NCBI GenBank assembly: GCA_964016885.1
Contig: OZ024754.1
Span: 17,174,001-17,238,000 of the forward strand
Length of the DNA stretch: 64,000 nt
From: Eledone cirrhosa
Lineage: Eukaryota
Direction: 5' to 3'
Below are positions 39,827-54,610 of the stretch, piece by piece (position 1 is the stretch's first letter; each line of letters starts with the position of its first letter). The notes beneath the pieces were generated by a model. It was not told the origin of the DNA. It did not search any database and was given only the letters and a program-made list of their open reading frames with translations. The position numbers were made by a program, and so were the translations under genes.

Positions 39827-40712
39827 GAGGATGATGATGATGATGATGGTGGATATGATGATGATGGATATGATGATGATCATGGTGGTGGTTATGATAA
39901 TGATGATGACGATGATGTGATGGTTATAATGGTATTGGTGGTGGTAGTGGATGTGATGGTTATGATGATGGTGGCTGTAGTATTGGATGTGATAGTTATG
40001 ATGATAGTGGTGGTGGTAGTGGATGTGATGGTTATAATGATGGTGATGGTTATAATGATGGTGGTGGTGGTAGTGGATGTGATGGTTATAATGATGGTGG
40101 TGGTGGTAGTGGATGTGATGGTTATAATGATGGTGGTGGTGGTAGTGGATGTGATGGTTATAATGATGGTGGTGGTGGTAGTGGATGTGATGGTTATGAT
40201 GATGGTGGCTGTAGTATTGGATGTGATGGTTATGATGATAGTGGTGGTAGTAGTGGATGTGATGGTTATAATGATGATGGCTGTAGTATTGGATGTGATG
40301 GTTATGATGATAGTGGTGGTGGTAGTGGATGTGATGGTTATAATGATGGTGGCTGTAGTATTGGATGTGATGGTTATGATGATAGTGGTGGTAGTAGTGG
40401 ATGTGATGGTTATAATGATGATGGCTGTAGTATTGGATGTGATGGTTATGATGATAGTGGTGGTGGTAGTGGATGTGATGGTTATGATGATGGTGACGAT
40501 GATGTGATGATTATAATGATAGTGGTGGTGGTAGTGGATGTGATGGTTATAATGATGGTGGTGGTGGTAGTGGATGTGATGGTTATAATGATGGTGGTGG
40601 TGGTAGTGGATGTGATGGTTATGATGATGATGGCTATAGTAGTGGATGTGATGGTTATGATGATGATGGCTGTAGTAGTGGATGTGATGGTTATGATGAT
40701 GATGATGATGAT
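39827..40712. repeat. GAT/GGT-rich 36-bp minisatellite
   Basis: Unit GATGTGATGGTTAT(A/G)ATGATGGTGGTGGTGGTAGTG embedded in (GAT)n. Confidence 0.9.
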
Positions 40713-40901
40713 AATATAGGGAAAAAATATCCTTGATTTAGTGGGAATGAATACAGGCTTCAAGTGTTGGCATCCTTTACCACATGAAACCACATTAGCA
40801 AGACATTCCTAACAGCCCTATGCTGATGCCACATTAAAATAAAACCCTTTACTTTAATTTATTTCAACTTTTCACAATGACCTATTCTGTAGTAAAGATA
40901 A

Positions 40902-41078
40902 TAGTGGAATTCCGTTATAATGAAATTCATGGGGTATAAAAAAAAGTGTGTAACGAAAAATTCATTATAACGAGATTGACCGAAACAAATCGAGCATTTG
41001 TTATTACCTCAGGATTGAAAAAGATGTTATACTGAAAAGTTTGTTATAATGGTATTTGTTATAACGGAATTTTGCCTG
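40902..41078. mobile_element. pogo/Tigger-like MITE
   Basis: Imperfect TIRs TAGTGGAATTCCGTTATAATGAA / TTTGTTATAACGGAATTTTGCCTG|TA with internal GTTATAA repeats. Confidence 0.6.
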
Positions 41079-41520
41079 TATTAACATTTGAATTAACAAA
41101 TTCATTTTAAGATAGATGGGTTGGCGTCAGAAAGGGCAATCGACTGTAACACGTCTCAATCCATCCCATTCAAACCATGCTAGCATGAGAGAGTGGACGT
41201 AACATCAATGAGGATAGCTTCTACTAAATCAATACAGAATATCAAAAGTTAAGGGCCTTGAAAAACTTTGATTATGAGACATTAAATAAAGGTAGAAATA
41301 ACTTTTTCATTACTTACCATATCTGAGGAAATATTTTTAATGTAATATAGAACCCCTAAAATGGGGGGAGGTTTGTTTTTGTATTGTTTTTTTTTTTTTT
41401 GCTTTTTCTTCTTCTTCTGAAGAGGTTATTTCCATGAGTAAAGTATTCAATGTCTCTAAAACAAAAATTGAAATTGAAATAAAAGATTCTGTGAAAATAT
41501 ATGGTAACTATAGAACCAGG

Positions 41521-41524
<4 letters not shown>

Positions 41525-41588
<64 letters not shown>

Positions 41589-41661
41589 ACTTATATATAT
41601 ATATGTCAAGGGTGGTGCCTCAGCATGGCCTCAGCCAGATGGCTGAAACAGGTAAAAGAGT

Positions 41662-41695
<34 letters not shown>

Positions 41696-41889
41696 TGATA
41701 GTGTATGTATGTTTATATATATGTGTGTGTGTATATATATATAGTATATGTATGTGTATATATATGTGTGTGTGTATATATATATAGTATATGTATGTGT
41801 ATATATGTATGTGTATATATATATATGTGTGTATGAATATATATGTATATATATGTATGAATATATATGTATATGTATGAATATATATG

Positions 41890-41928
<39 letters not shown>

Positions 41929-41962
41929 GTATGAATATATATGTATGTATATATATGTATGA

Positions 41963-41998
<36 letters not shown>

Positions 41999-42000
41999 GT

Positions 42001-42031
<31 letters not shown>

Positions 42032-42063
42032 AATATATATGTGTGTATATATATATATATATG

Positions 42064-42122
<59 letters not shown>

Positions 42123-42146
42123 ATGTTTATATATATGTATCAATAT

Positions 42147-42190
<44 letters not shown>

Positions 42191-42286
42191 GGATAATATA
42201 TGTATATATATATATATATATATATGTATAATATATGTATATATATATATATATATATATGGATAATATATGTATATATATATATG

Positions 42287-42331
<45 letters not shown>

Positions 42332-42342
42332 GTATATATATG

Positions 42343-42373
<31 letters not shown>

Positions 42374-42579
42374 GTATGTAGATATATGTATATATATATA
42401 TGTATAATAATATATGTATATATATATATGTATAATAATATATGTATATATATATATATATATGTATAATATATGTATATATATATATGTATAATATATG
42501 TATGTATATATATGGATAATATATATATATATATGTATAATATATGTATGTATATATATGTATATAGATATATGGATAA

Positions 42580-42630
<51 letters not shown>

Positions 42631-42632
42631 AA

Positions 42633-42681
<49 letters not shown>

Positions 42682-42683
42682 AA

Positions 42684-42743
<60 letters not shown>

Positions 42744-42886
42744 GTATATTTATATATATGTATGTATATATATGTGTATATGTATGTATGTATATATATA
42801 TGTGTATATGTATGTATATATATATGTATATGTATGTATATATATATATATATGTATATGTATGTATATATATATATATATATATG

Positions 42887-42925
<39 letters not shown>

Positions 42926-43115
42926 ATATATATATATGTATATGTATGTATATATATATATATATATATGTGTGTATATATATATATGTGTATATATATA
43001 TGTGTATGTGTGTATATATGTATGTGTATGTATATATATAGGGAGGGAGAGAGAGTTGATAGTGTATGTATGTATATATGTTTGTATGTGTGTGTGTGTA
43101 AGTATTTATATATGT
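41525..43115. repeat. Long degenerate (TA)n/(TATG)n tract; similar tracts at 5538-6140, 20890-21800, 22327-22860, 25580-25987
   Basis: Simple-sequence runs read directly. Confidence 0.97.
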
Positions 43116-43530
43116 AGTTATTTGCAGACTTCCATTCTTTTTCTTTAAACTTTTCCCCTTTTCCTTGTTTTTCTTTCCTTGTCTCTTTTTTTATCTTCTG
43201 GACTTATCCTCCACCTTTTTAACCAACTTCTTCCATTAGTAATGTTGTAATGATACCAACAACAGCTATTAAGTTTACCAACAAGAAAACTTACCATTAA
43301 ATGCACAGCTTTATTTGTAGATGTCACATATGCCTGTCATTAAATATAAATACTTTAAACTAGATATAACAATAAAAAGAACTCCAGCCAGCTGCAGTAT
43401 ATGCAAGTAGTTTACTCCAACTTGGCTCTCTCACTCTCTCACTGCACAATATCCACTACAGCTACACTAGTAGTAGCACATCCTATTGGTTATTGATGTC
43501 GTAATAATATTGAACTCCACCCACCCACTT

Positions 43531-43571
<41 letters not shown>

Positions 43572-43722
43572 TTATGCTCACATATTTCTTTAAGATCATG
43601 CCTTTTTTCTTTTATCTGTCTGTATGTATGTGTGTGTGTGTATATCTATATATATATGTGTATGTATATATGTGTGTATATGTATGTAAATATATGTCTC
43701 TGTATATATATATATATGCCTC

Positions 43723-43755
<33 letters not shown>

Positions 43756-43759
43756 TTTA

Positions 43760-43804
<45 letters not shown>

Positions 43805-45002
43805 TCAACCGGCATACCGCCTATGGACGCATTCAAGCAACCTAACTACAAATATATATGTATCTATGTATATGTACTGTAGTATAAGTTTGATAGAAAT
43901 ATCCAAGGGTAAGAGCGCTCAGTCCATAGGACAAATTAAGAAATAATTATTTGTTGTATTCCAGACAACAACAACAACAACAACTTGACTGATTCACAAT
44001 ATTAAACTTAAAAAAAAAACCCCAAAAACACATTACATATTTTTACAGTTTTTGTTTACAAATTGAAATTAGCCCTTTAGCATTTACATTACTCTATATT
44101 TACTATTATATTTTTGTGGTAAAGTCTTTACCTCACATAATATTGAATCTATGAAATTTTTATATTATTTATTTTGAGAACAAAACCTTAACATAAGTAT
44201 GAGTGGCTAGTTACAGCCGAAATGAACAGGAAGAGGTGATAGAATTCTGCCCAGATACAGCTTGTTTAAATGCTAAAGGGTTGAGTGGAGTTTAAAATTC
44301 CTTTCTATCTAACAACTTCTCTTATTGATTAACCCTTTTGTGGCTATTATTCTAACTAGAGTACATTCTATCCTTGTGTTTCAGTTTTCAAAACAATAAA
44401 AACAAAATATGTTATGAATGGTTTGGTAAAATAACTAGCTTTCAAATTAAATAAAAACACAAATTATTATTTAATCAAAAAGTGGAAAATATGAGCAACA
44501 CACAAATTCTTTTTATAATTATTTATAATTATTTCACATAATATCGAATTTATGAGATTTTGATATTATTTATTTTGAGAATAATGCCTTAACATCAGTA
44601 TGGGCAGTCAGTTACAGCCAGTTTGAACAGAAAGAGTTGAGAGAATTCTGGCTGGATACGGTCGGTTTAAATGCTAAAGGATTAAAAGATTTTAATACAT
44701 TAATAATAGAGGCAATTCCATGCCAGTTAGTGTTGAAATGGTCAACACTTTTGATACCAAAATCTCTGAAATAAGCCCCTAGTTTTAGGGTACAAAACAG
44801 TTTGTTTTGAATTGTTTATCATTGTCATCATTTTTATATTGACTTTACGAAGCCCTTCCTGAAAACAAACCCTTTTAGTCACTTCTTATATTTATTTAAA
44901 AGCCTATCATCATTTTATATAAGTACTTTTGTTAAGCAATGTTCCAAATACCAGATGTATAATAAAAAAAAAAGTTAATTATATTGCAAACTGCTCCTAG
45001 AC

Positions 45003-45251
45003 CAGAGGTCCCAAACCACTGGGCCGTGGATCATAAAATTATATAATAGATAAATTGAATATTGGACTTTAATTTTAAAAAATTTACATGAGAGTCAAAA
45101 GATTATACACTTTTTTCTTCCCTTTAATAAATTTCTCTTTTTATTATTGCTCACTTTATCGAAATGCACTTAAATAACACATATGTGCAACTACCGGTCT
45201 GCAGAAAGCCGGTCAATGGTTCCGTGGTATAAAAAAGGTTGGAGACCATTG
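45003..45251. mobile_element. hAT (Charlie-like) MITE nested in a piggyBac-like MITE
   Basis: Ends CAGAGGTCCCAAACC / GGTTGGAGACCATTG; 8-bp TSD TCCTAGAC / TCCTAAAC. Confidence 0.8.
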
Positions 45252-46375
45252 TCCTAAACCTTAGTTATTTATATAAAATTATTTGAAAATTATAGGCAGT
45301 GTTTTCTCTTATATTTATCTAAAAACCTTCCATCATAATTTTATATAAGTATTTTTGTTAAGCAATACTACAAACAGCAGATGTATAACAAGAAATTGCA
45401 AAATCTCTCTAAGTTTTTGAATATTTTCAAAAGTATTCAAAATTTATTTTGACAGTGTTTTTCATTTGAAATGAAAGGGTTTTAAAGATTTGGTAAGAAA
45501 CCTACTGAGATACACCAATTCTTATTGATATAAATGGGAATATAATCAAAGTAAAGAAGACACATATTGTGAAGCAACAATTGTTAAATTCATACCTTCT
45601 TAATGGCTTGAAATGAAATAATTGTTTCTACATTTGGCACAAGGCCAGCAATTTGAAGAGGAGGGGAAAATTGACTAAATTGACCCCAGTGCATTACTGG
45701 TGCTTTATTTATCGACCCCATAAATATGATAGGCAAAGCCAACCTCAGCGGGATCTGAACTCAGAACGTAAGGGGAACGTAAACTCTATGCTGAGAAACA
45801 TTTTGTCCAATGCTCTACTAATTCTGTCAATCCACTGCCCTACTAATATCAATAATAATTGTTTCTACTTTTGGCACAGGGCCAGCAATTACCTCAGTGC
45901 ATTACTGGTACTTTATTTTATTGATCCTGTAAGGATGAAAGGCAAAGTTAACCTCGATGGGATTTGAATTCAGAAAGTAAAGAACGTAAAGGGCCATAAC
46001 TCTGCTCCAAAGCATGGCGTATGACACTGTACCGATTCTTGAAATCCTTGAAAGTTGCATATATAATGGTATGGAAACATTTCAATGATGGGTTCTGGAA
46101 AGTTGTAACTATAAATGATGTTCATATCATCATGTGATATCTCAAAACACCAACAGCAAAAAAAAAAAAGAGGGGAAGCTCTCTCGGTGGTTGCTCAACC
46201 AATTAGAATTAGCAGCTAAATCTCCCTCATGTTATATCATCATGAACATCTCAGGAACTCCCATTGCTCTACTGTATTGTATGTCTATTTCTTCTTCCTT
46301 ATTGTCAAAAGTGTCAAGCAAGATATTCCTAAATCTGTTGCTGACTAAGGGCTACTTCTCCTCCACATATATGTA

Positions 46376-46567
46376 CGAGGATTCACTGAAAAGTTCAGAG
46401 GCTTACTATGAAGGAGTGATGCTAGAGCTGTGAAATCTTGCATGCATTAATTTCAACTCTTCTTATTAATAACTGCATTATGTCATTCTAGGGACTATGT
46501 TGAAAAATAAACCTCATTTGGTCATTCCCGGAGAGTATCTTGGTCAGTCTTTGTACTTTTCAGCCAA
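46376..46567. mobile_element. mariner-like MITE/remnant
   Basis: TA|CGAGGATTCACTGAAAAGT start, with a degenerate inverted match ACTTTTCAGC near 46555-46565. Confidence 0.45.
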
Positions 46568-46828
46568 CACTTATATATATATAGAGAGAGAGAGATTTAG
46601 CGACAATCGTATTTCGGCGGGTAGAAAGGGCGAAACAAATGCAAAAATCAGAAATAATGCTGGCAAGCGCTCCATAGTTAAAAAACCAAAGATAAACAAT
46701 ATGTTAAGACGCCATACAAAACTGAAAGAGTGGTCAAGAAAGCATCAACCACCTAAAAGCAAATCAAGCTAAACAGGTCAAAACAAAATAAATGCTAAAA
46801 AAACACAGACCTGGACCCGTTGGAATTG

Positions 46829-49800
46829 ATGTAGTGTTCTCATCTAGTGTTCCCCATCTAGTGTTCCTCATCTAGTGTTCTCCATCTAGTGTTCTCCATC
46901 TAGTGTTCCTCATCTAGTGTTCCTCATCTAGTGTTCCCCCATCTAGTGTTCTCCATCTAGTGTTCCCCTTCTAGTGTTCTCCATCTAGTGTTCCTCATCT
47001 AGTGTTCTCCATCTAGTGTTCCTCATCTAGTGTTCCTCATCTAGTGTTCCTCATCTAGTGTTCTCCATCTAGTGTTCTCCATCTAACGTTCTCCATCTAG
47101 TGTTCCTCATCTAGTGTTCCTCATCTAGTGGTCCCTATCTAGTGTTCCTCATCTAGTGCTCTCCATCTAGTGTTCTCCATCTAGTGTTCTCCATCTAGTG
47201 TTCTCCATCTAGTGTTCCTCATCTAGTGTTCCTCATCTAGTGTTCCTCATCTAGTGGTCCCCATCTAGTGTTCCCCATCTAGTGTTTCTCATCTAGTGTT
47301 CTCCATCTAGTGTTCCCCATCTAGTGTTCTCCATCTAGTGGTCCCCATCTAGTGTTCCTCATCTAGTGTTCCTCATCTAGTGGTCCCCATCTAGTGTTCT
47401 CCATCTAGTGTTCTCCATCTAGTGTTCTCCATCTAGTGGTCCCCATCTAGTGTTCTCCATCTAGTGTTCTCCATCTAGTGTTCTCCATCTAGTGTTCCTC
47501 ATCTAGTGTACTCCGTCTAGTGTACTCCATCTAGTGTTCTCCATCTAGTGTTCCCCATCTAGTGTTCCCCATCTAGTGTTCTCCATCTAGTGTTCCCCAT
47601 CTAGTGTTCTCCATCTAGTGTTCCTCATCTAGTGTTCTCCATCTAGTGTTCCCCATCTAGTGGTCCCCATCTAGTGTTCCCCATCTAGTGTTCCCCATCT
47701 AGTGTTCCCCATCTAGTGTTCCTCATCTAGTGTTCTCCATCTAGTGTTCCCCATCTAGTGTTCCTCATCTAGTGTTCTCCATCTAGTGGTCCCCATCTAG
47801 CGTTCCTCATCTAGTGTTCTCCATCTAGTGTTCCTCATCTAGTGTTCTCCATCTAGTGTTCTCCATCTAGTGTTCCTCATCTAGTGTTCTCCATCTAGTG
47901 TTCTCCATCTAGTGTTCTCCATCTAGTGTTCTCCATCTAGTGTTCCTCATCTAGTGTTCTCCATCTAGTGTTCTCCATCTAGTGTTCTCCATCTAGTGTT
48001 CTCCATCTAGTGTTCCTCATCTAGTGTTCTCCATCTAGTGTTCCTCATCTAGTGTTCTCCATCTAGTGTTCTCCATCTAGTGTTCTCCATCTAGTGTTCT
48101 CCATCTAGTGTTCCCCATCTAGTGTTCTCCATCTAGTGTTCTCCATCTAGTGTTCCCCATCTAGTGTTCCTCATCTAGTGTTCTCCATCTAGTGTTCCTC
48201 ATCTCGTGTTCTCCATCTAGTGTTCCTCATCTAGTGTTCTCCATCTAGTGTTCCTCATCTAGCGTTCCTCATCTAGTGTTCTCCATCTAGTGTTCCTCAT
48301 CTAGTGTTCTCCATCTAGTGGTCCCCATCTAGCGTTCCTCATCTAGTGTTCTCCATCTAGTGTTCTCCATCTAGTGTTCCCCATCTAGTGTTCTCCATCT
48401 AGTGTTCTCCATCTAGTGTTCTCCATCTAGTGTTCCCCATCTAGTGTTCCTCATCTAGTGTTCTCCATCTAGTGTTCCTCATCTCGTGTTCACCATCTAG
48501 TGTTCCTCATCTAGTGTTCCTCATCTAGTGTTCCTCATCTAGTGTTCTCCATCTAGTGTTCCTCATCTAGTGTTCTCCATCTAGTGGTCCCCATCTAGCG
48601 TTCCTCATCTAGTGTTCTCCATCTAGTGTTCTCCATCTAGTGTTCCCCATCTAGTGTTCTCCATCTAGTGTTCTCCATCTAGTGTTCTCCATCTAGTGTT
48701 CTCCATCTAGTGTTCTCCATCTAGTGTTCCCCATCTAGTGTTCTCCATCTAGTGTTCTCCATCTAGTGTTCCTCATCTAGTGTTCTCCATCTAGTGTTCT
48801 CCATCTAGTGTTCTCCATCTAGTGTTCTCCATCTAGAGTTCCTCATCTAGTGTTCTCCATCTAGTGTTCTCCATCTAGTGTTCTCCATCTAGTGTTCTCC
48901 ATCTAGTGTTCCTCATCTAGTGTTCTCCATCTAGTGTTCTCCATCTAGTGTTCTCCATCTAGTGTTCCCCATCTAGTGTTCTCCATCTAGTGTTCCTCAT
49001 CTAGTGTTCTCCATCTAGTGTTCTCCATCTAGTGTTCCCCATCTAGTGTTCTCCATCTAGTGTTCCTCATCTAGTGTTCTCCATCTAGTGTTCCTCATCT
49101 AGTGTTCTCCATCTAGTGTTCTCCATCTAGTGGTCCCCATCTAGTGTTCTCCATCTAGTGTTCCCCATCTAGTGTTCCTCATTTGTATTCCCCATCTAGT
49201 GTTCCTCATTTAGTGTTCCTCATCTAGTGTTCCTCATCTAGTGTTCTCCATCTAGTGTTCCTCATCTAGTGTTCTCCATCTAGTGTTCCCCATCTAGTGT
49301 TCTCCATCTAGTGTTCCTCATCTAGTGTTCCTCATCTAGTGGTCCCCATCTAGTGTTCCCCATCTAGTGTTCCCCATCTAGTGTTCTCCATCTAGTGTTC
49401 CTCATCTAGTGTTCTCCATCTAGTGTTCCTCATCTTGTGTTCTCCATCTAGTGTTCTCCATCTGGTGTTCTCCATCTAGTGTTCTCCATCTAGTGTTCCT
49501 CATCTAGTGTTCCTCATCTAGTGTTCCCCATCTAGTGGTCCCCATCTAGTGTTCCCCATCTAGTGTTCCCCATCTAGTGTTCCTCATCTAGTGTTCTCCA
49601 TCTAGTGTTCCCCATCTAGTGTTCCCCATCTAGTGTTCTCCATCTAGTGTTCCCCATCTAGTGTTCCCCATCTAGAGTTCCCCATCTAGAGTTCCCCATC
49701 TAGTGTTCGCCATCTAGTGTTCCCCATCTAGTGTTCCCCATCTAGTGTTCCCCATCTAGTGTTCTCCATCTAGTGTTCTCCATCTAGTGTTCCCCATCTA

Positions 49801-52800
49801 GTGTTCTCCATCTAGTGTTCTCCATCTAGTGTTCCTCATCTAGTGTTCTCCATCTAGTGTTCTCCATCTAGTGTTCTCCATCTAGTGTTCTCCATCTAGT
49901 GTTCCTCATCTAGTGTTCTCCATCTAGTGTTCTCCATCTAGTGTTCTCCATCTAGTGTTCCCCATCTAGTGTTCTCCATCTAGTGTTCTCCATCTAGTGT
50001 TCTCCATCCAGTGTTCCTCATCTAGTGTTCCTCATCTAGTGTTCTCCATCTAGTGTTCTCCATCTATTGTTCTCCATCTAGTGTTCTCCATCTAGTGTTC
50101 TCCATCTAGTGTTCCCCATCTAGTGTTCTTCATCTATTGTTCTCCATCTAGTGTTCCTCATCTAGTGTTCCTCATCTAGTGTTCTCCATCTAGTGTTCTC
50201 CATCTAGTGTTCTCCATCTAGTGTTCCCCATCTAGTGTTCTCCATCTAGTGTTCCTCATCTAGTGTTCTCCATCTAGTGTTCTCCATCTAGTGTTCTCCA
50301 TCTATTGTTCTCCATCTAGTGTTCCTCATCTAGTGTTCCTCATCTAGTGTTCTCCATCTAGTGTTCCTCATCTAGTGTTCTCCATCTAGTGTTCTCCATC
50401 TAGTGTTCCCCATCTAGTGTTCCTCATCTAGTGTTCTCCATCTAGTGTTCTCCATCTAGTGTTCTCCATCTAGTGTTCTCCATCTAGTGTTCTCATCTAG
50501 TGTTCTCCATCTAGTGTTCTCCATCTAGTGTTCTCCATCTAGTGTTCTCCATCTAGTGTTCCCCATCTAGTGTTCTCCATCTAGTGTTCCCCATCTAGTG
50601 TTCTCCATCTAGTGTTCTCCATCTAGTGTTCTCCATCTAGTGTTCTCCATCTAGTGTTCTCCATCTAGTGTTCCCCATCTAGTGTTCTCCATCTAGTGTT
50701 CCCCATCTAGTGTTCTCCATCTAGTGTTCTCCATCTAGTGTTCTCCATCTAGTGTTCTCCATCTAGTGTTCCCCATCTAGTGTTCTCCATCTAGTGTTCC
50801 CCATCTAGTGTTCTCCATCTAGTGTTCTCCATCTAGTGTTCTCCATCTAGTGTTCCCCATCTAGTGTTCTCCATCTAGTGTTCTCCATCTAGTGTTCTCC
50901 ATCTAGTGTTCTCCATCTAGTGTTCCCCATCTAGTGTTCTCCATCTAGTGTTCCTCATCTAGTGTTCTCCATCTAGTGTTCTCCATCTAGTGTTCTCCAT
51001 CTAGTGTTCCCCATCTAGTGTTCTCCATCTAGTGTTCCTCATCTAGTGTTCTCCATCTAGTGTTCCTCATCTAGTGTTCTCCATCTAGTCTACTCCATCT
51101 AGTGTTCTCCATCTAGTGTTCCCCATCTAGTGTTCTCCATCTAGTGTTCTCCATCTAGTGTTCTCCATCTAGTGTTCTCCATCTAGTGTTCCCCATCTAG
51201 TGTTCTCCATCTAGTGTTCTCCATCTAGTGTTCCCATCTAGTGTTCTCCATCTAGTGTTCCTCATCTAGTGTTCTCCATCTAGTGTTCTCCATCTAGTGT
51301 TCTCCATCTATTGTTCTCCATCTAGTGTTCTCATCTAGTGTTCCTCATCTAGTGTTCTCCATCTAGTGTTCCTCATCTAGTGTTCTCCATCTAGTGTTCT
51401 CCATCTAGTGTTCCCCATCTAGTGTTCCTCATCTAGTGTTCTCCATCTAGTGTTCTCCATCTAGTGTTCTCCATCTAGTGTTCTCCATCTAGTGTTCTCA
51501 TCTAGTGTTCTCCATCTAGTGTTCTCCATCTAGTGTTCTCCATCTAGTGTTCTCCATCTAGTGTTCCCCATCTAGTGTTCTCCATCTATTGTTCTCCATC
51601 TAGTGTTCCCCATCTAGTGTTCCTCATCTAGTGTTCTCCATCTAGTGTTCCCCATCTAGTGTTCCCCATCTAGTGTTCTCCATCTAGTGTTCTCCATCTA
51701 GTGTTCTCCATCTAGTGTTCCCCATCTAGTGTTCTCCATCTAGTGTTCCCCATCTAGTGTTCTCCATCTAGTGTTCTCCATCTAGTGTTCTCCATCTAGT
51801 GTTCTCCATCTAGTGTTCCCCATCTAGTGTTCTCCATCTAGTGTTCCCCATCTAGTGTTCTCCATCTAGTGTTCTCCATCTAGTGTTCTCCATCTAGTGT
51901 TCCCCATCTAGTGTTCTCCATCTAGTGTTCCCCATCTAGTGTTCTCCATCTAGTGTTCTCCATCTAGTGTTCCCCATCTAGTGTTCTCCATCTAGTGTTC
52001 TCCATCTAGTGTTCCCCATCTAGTGTTCTCCATCTAGTGTTCCTCATCTAGTGTTCCCCATCTAGTGTTCCCCATCTAGTGTTCTCCATCTAGTGTTCCC
52101 CATCTATTGTTCTCCATCTATTGTTCTCCATCTAGTGTTCCTCATCTAGTGTTCTCCATCTAGTGTTCCCCATCTAGTGTTCTCCATCTAGTGTTCTCCA
52201 TCTAGTGTTCCTCATCTAGTGTTCCCCATCTAGTGTTCCCCATCTAGTGTTCTCCATCTAGTGTTCCCCATCTAGTGTTCCCCATCTAGTGTTCCCCATC
52301 TATTGTTCTCCATCTAGTGTTCTCCATCTAGTGTTCTCCATCTATTGTTCTCCATCTAGTGTTCTCCATCTAGTGTTCTCCATCTAGTGTTCTCCATCTA
52401 GTGTTCTCCATCTAGTGTTCCCCATCTAGTGTTCTCCATCTAGTGTTCTCCATCTATTGTTCTCCATCTAGTGTTCTCCATCTAGTGTTCTCCATCTAGT
52501 GTTCTCCATCTAGTGTTCTCCATCTAGTGTTCTCCATCTAGTGTTCTCCATCTAGTGTTCCCCATCTAGTGTTCTCCATCTAGTGTTCTCCATCTAGTGT
52601 TCTCCATCTAGTGTTCCTCATCTATTGTTCTCCATCTATTGTTCTCCATCTAGTGTTCTCCATCTAGTGTTCCCCATCTAGTGTTCCCCATCTAGTGTTC
52701 CCCATCTATTGTTCTCCATCTAGTGTTCTCCATCTAGTGTTCTCCATCTAGTGTTCTCCATCTAGTGTTCTCCATCTAGTGTTCTCCATCTAGTGTTCTC

Positions 52801-54610
52801 CATCTAGTGTTCCCCATCTAGTGTTCTCCATCTAGTGTTCTCCATCTAGTGTTCTCCATCTAGTGTTCTCCATCTAGTGTTCTCCATCTATTGTTCTCCA
52901 TCTAGTGTTCTCCATCTATTGTTCTCCATCTAGTGTTCTCCATCTATTGTTCTCCATCTAGTGTTCTCCATCTAGTGTTCCCCATCTAGTGTTCTCCATC
53001 TAGTGTTCCTCATCTAGTGTTCTCCATCTAATGTTCTCCATCTATTGTTCTCCCTCTTGTGTTCTCCATCTAGTGTTCCCCATCTAGTGTTCCTCATCTA
53101 GTGTTCCCCATCTAGTGTTCTCCATCTAGTGTTCTCCATCTAGTGTTCTCCAGCTAGTGTTCTCCATCTAGTTTTTTCCATCTAGTGTCCTCCATCTAGT
53201 GTTCCCCATCTAGTGTTCCCCATCTAGTGTTCTCCATCTATTGTTCTCCATCTAGTGTTCTCCATCTATTGTTCTCCATCTATTGTTCTCCATCTAGTGT
53301 TCTCCATCTAGTGTTCTCCATCTATTGTTCTCCATCTAGTGTTCCCCATCTAGTGTTCTCCATCTATTGTTCTCCATCTAGTGTTCTCCATCTATTGTTC
53401 TCCATCTATTGTTTTCCATCTAGTGTTCTCCATCTAGTGTTCTCCATCTAGTGTTCTTCATCTAGTGTTCTCCATCTAGTGTTCTCCATCTAGTGTTCTC
53501 CATCTAGTGTTCTCCATCTAGTGTTCTCCATCTATTGTTCTCCATCTATTGTTTTCCATCTAGTGTTCTTCATCTAGTGTTCTCCATCTAGTGTTCTCCA
53601 TCTAGTGTTCTCCATCTAGTGTTCTCCATCTAGTGTTCTCCATCTAGTGTTCTCCATCTAGTGTTCTCCATCTAGTGTTCTCCATCTATTGTTCTCCATC
53701 TATTGTTTTCCATCTAGTGTTCTCCATCTAGTGTTCTCCATCTAGTGTTCTTCATCTAGTGTTCTCCATCTAGTGTTCTCCATCTAGTGTTCTCCATCTA
53801 GTGTTCCCCATCTAGTGTTCTCCATCTAGTGTTCTCCATCTATTGTTTTCCATCTAGTGTTCCCCATCTAGTGTTCCTCATCTAGTGTTCTCCATCTAGT
53901 GTTCTCCATCTAGTGTTCTCCATCTAGTGTTCTCCATCTAGTGTTCCCCATCTAGTGTTCCTCATCTAGTGTTCTCCATCTAGTGTTCTCCATCTAGTGT
54001 TCTCCATCTAGTGTTCTCCATCTAGTGTTCCCCATCTAGTGTTCTCCATCTAGTGTTCCTCATCTAGTGTTCCTCATCTAGTGTTCCCCATCTAGTGTTC
54101 CCCATCTAGTGTTCTCCATCTAGTGTTCTCCATCTAGTGTTCTCCATCTAGTGTTCCCCATCTAGTGTTCCTCATCTAGTGTTCCCCATCTAGTGTTCCC
54201 CATCTAGTGTTCTCCATCTAGTGTTCTCCATCTAGTGTTCTCCATCTAGTGTTCTCCATCTAGTGTTCTCCATCTAGTGTTCCCCATCTAGTCTTCCTCA
54301 TCTAGTGTTCTCCATCTAGTGTTCTCCATCTAGTGTTCGTCATCTAGTGTTCTCCATCTAGTGTTCCCCATCTAGTGTTCCTCATCTAGTGTTCTCCATC
54401 TAGTGTTCCCCATCTAGTGTTCTCCATCTAGTGTTCTCCATCTAGTGTTCTCCATCTAGTGTTCCCCATCTAGTGTTCCTCATCTAGTGTTCTCCATCTA
54501 GTGTTCTCCATCTAGTGTTCTCCATCTAGTGTTCCCCATCTAGTGTTCCTCATCTAGTGTTCTCCATCTAGTGTTCTCCATCTAGTGTTCTCCATCTAGT
54601 GTTCGTCATC
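46829..54610. repeat. 14-bp satellite, ~555 copies
   Basis: Unit CATCTAGTGTT(CTC/CCC/CCT) over ~7.8 kb. Confidence 0.99.

Noticed and set aside
39818-40793. D/V/M-rich and T/I-rich ORFs
   Set aside because: Low-complexity GAT/GGT minisatellite.
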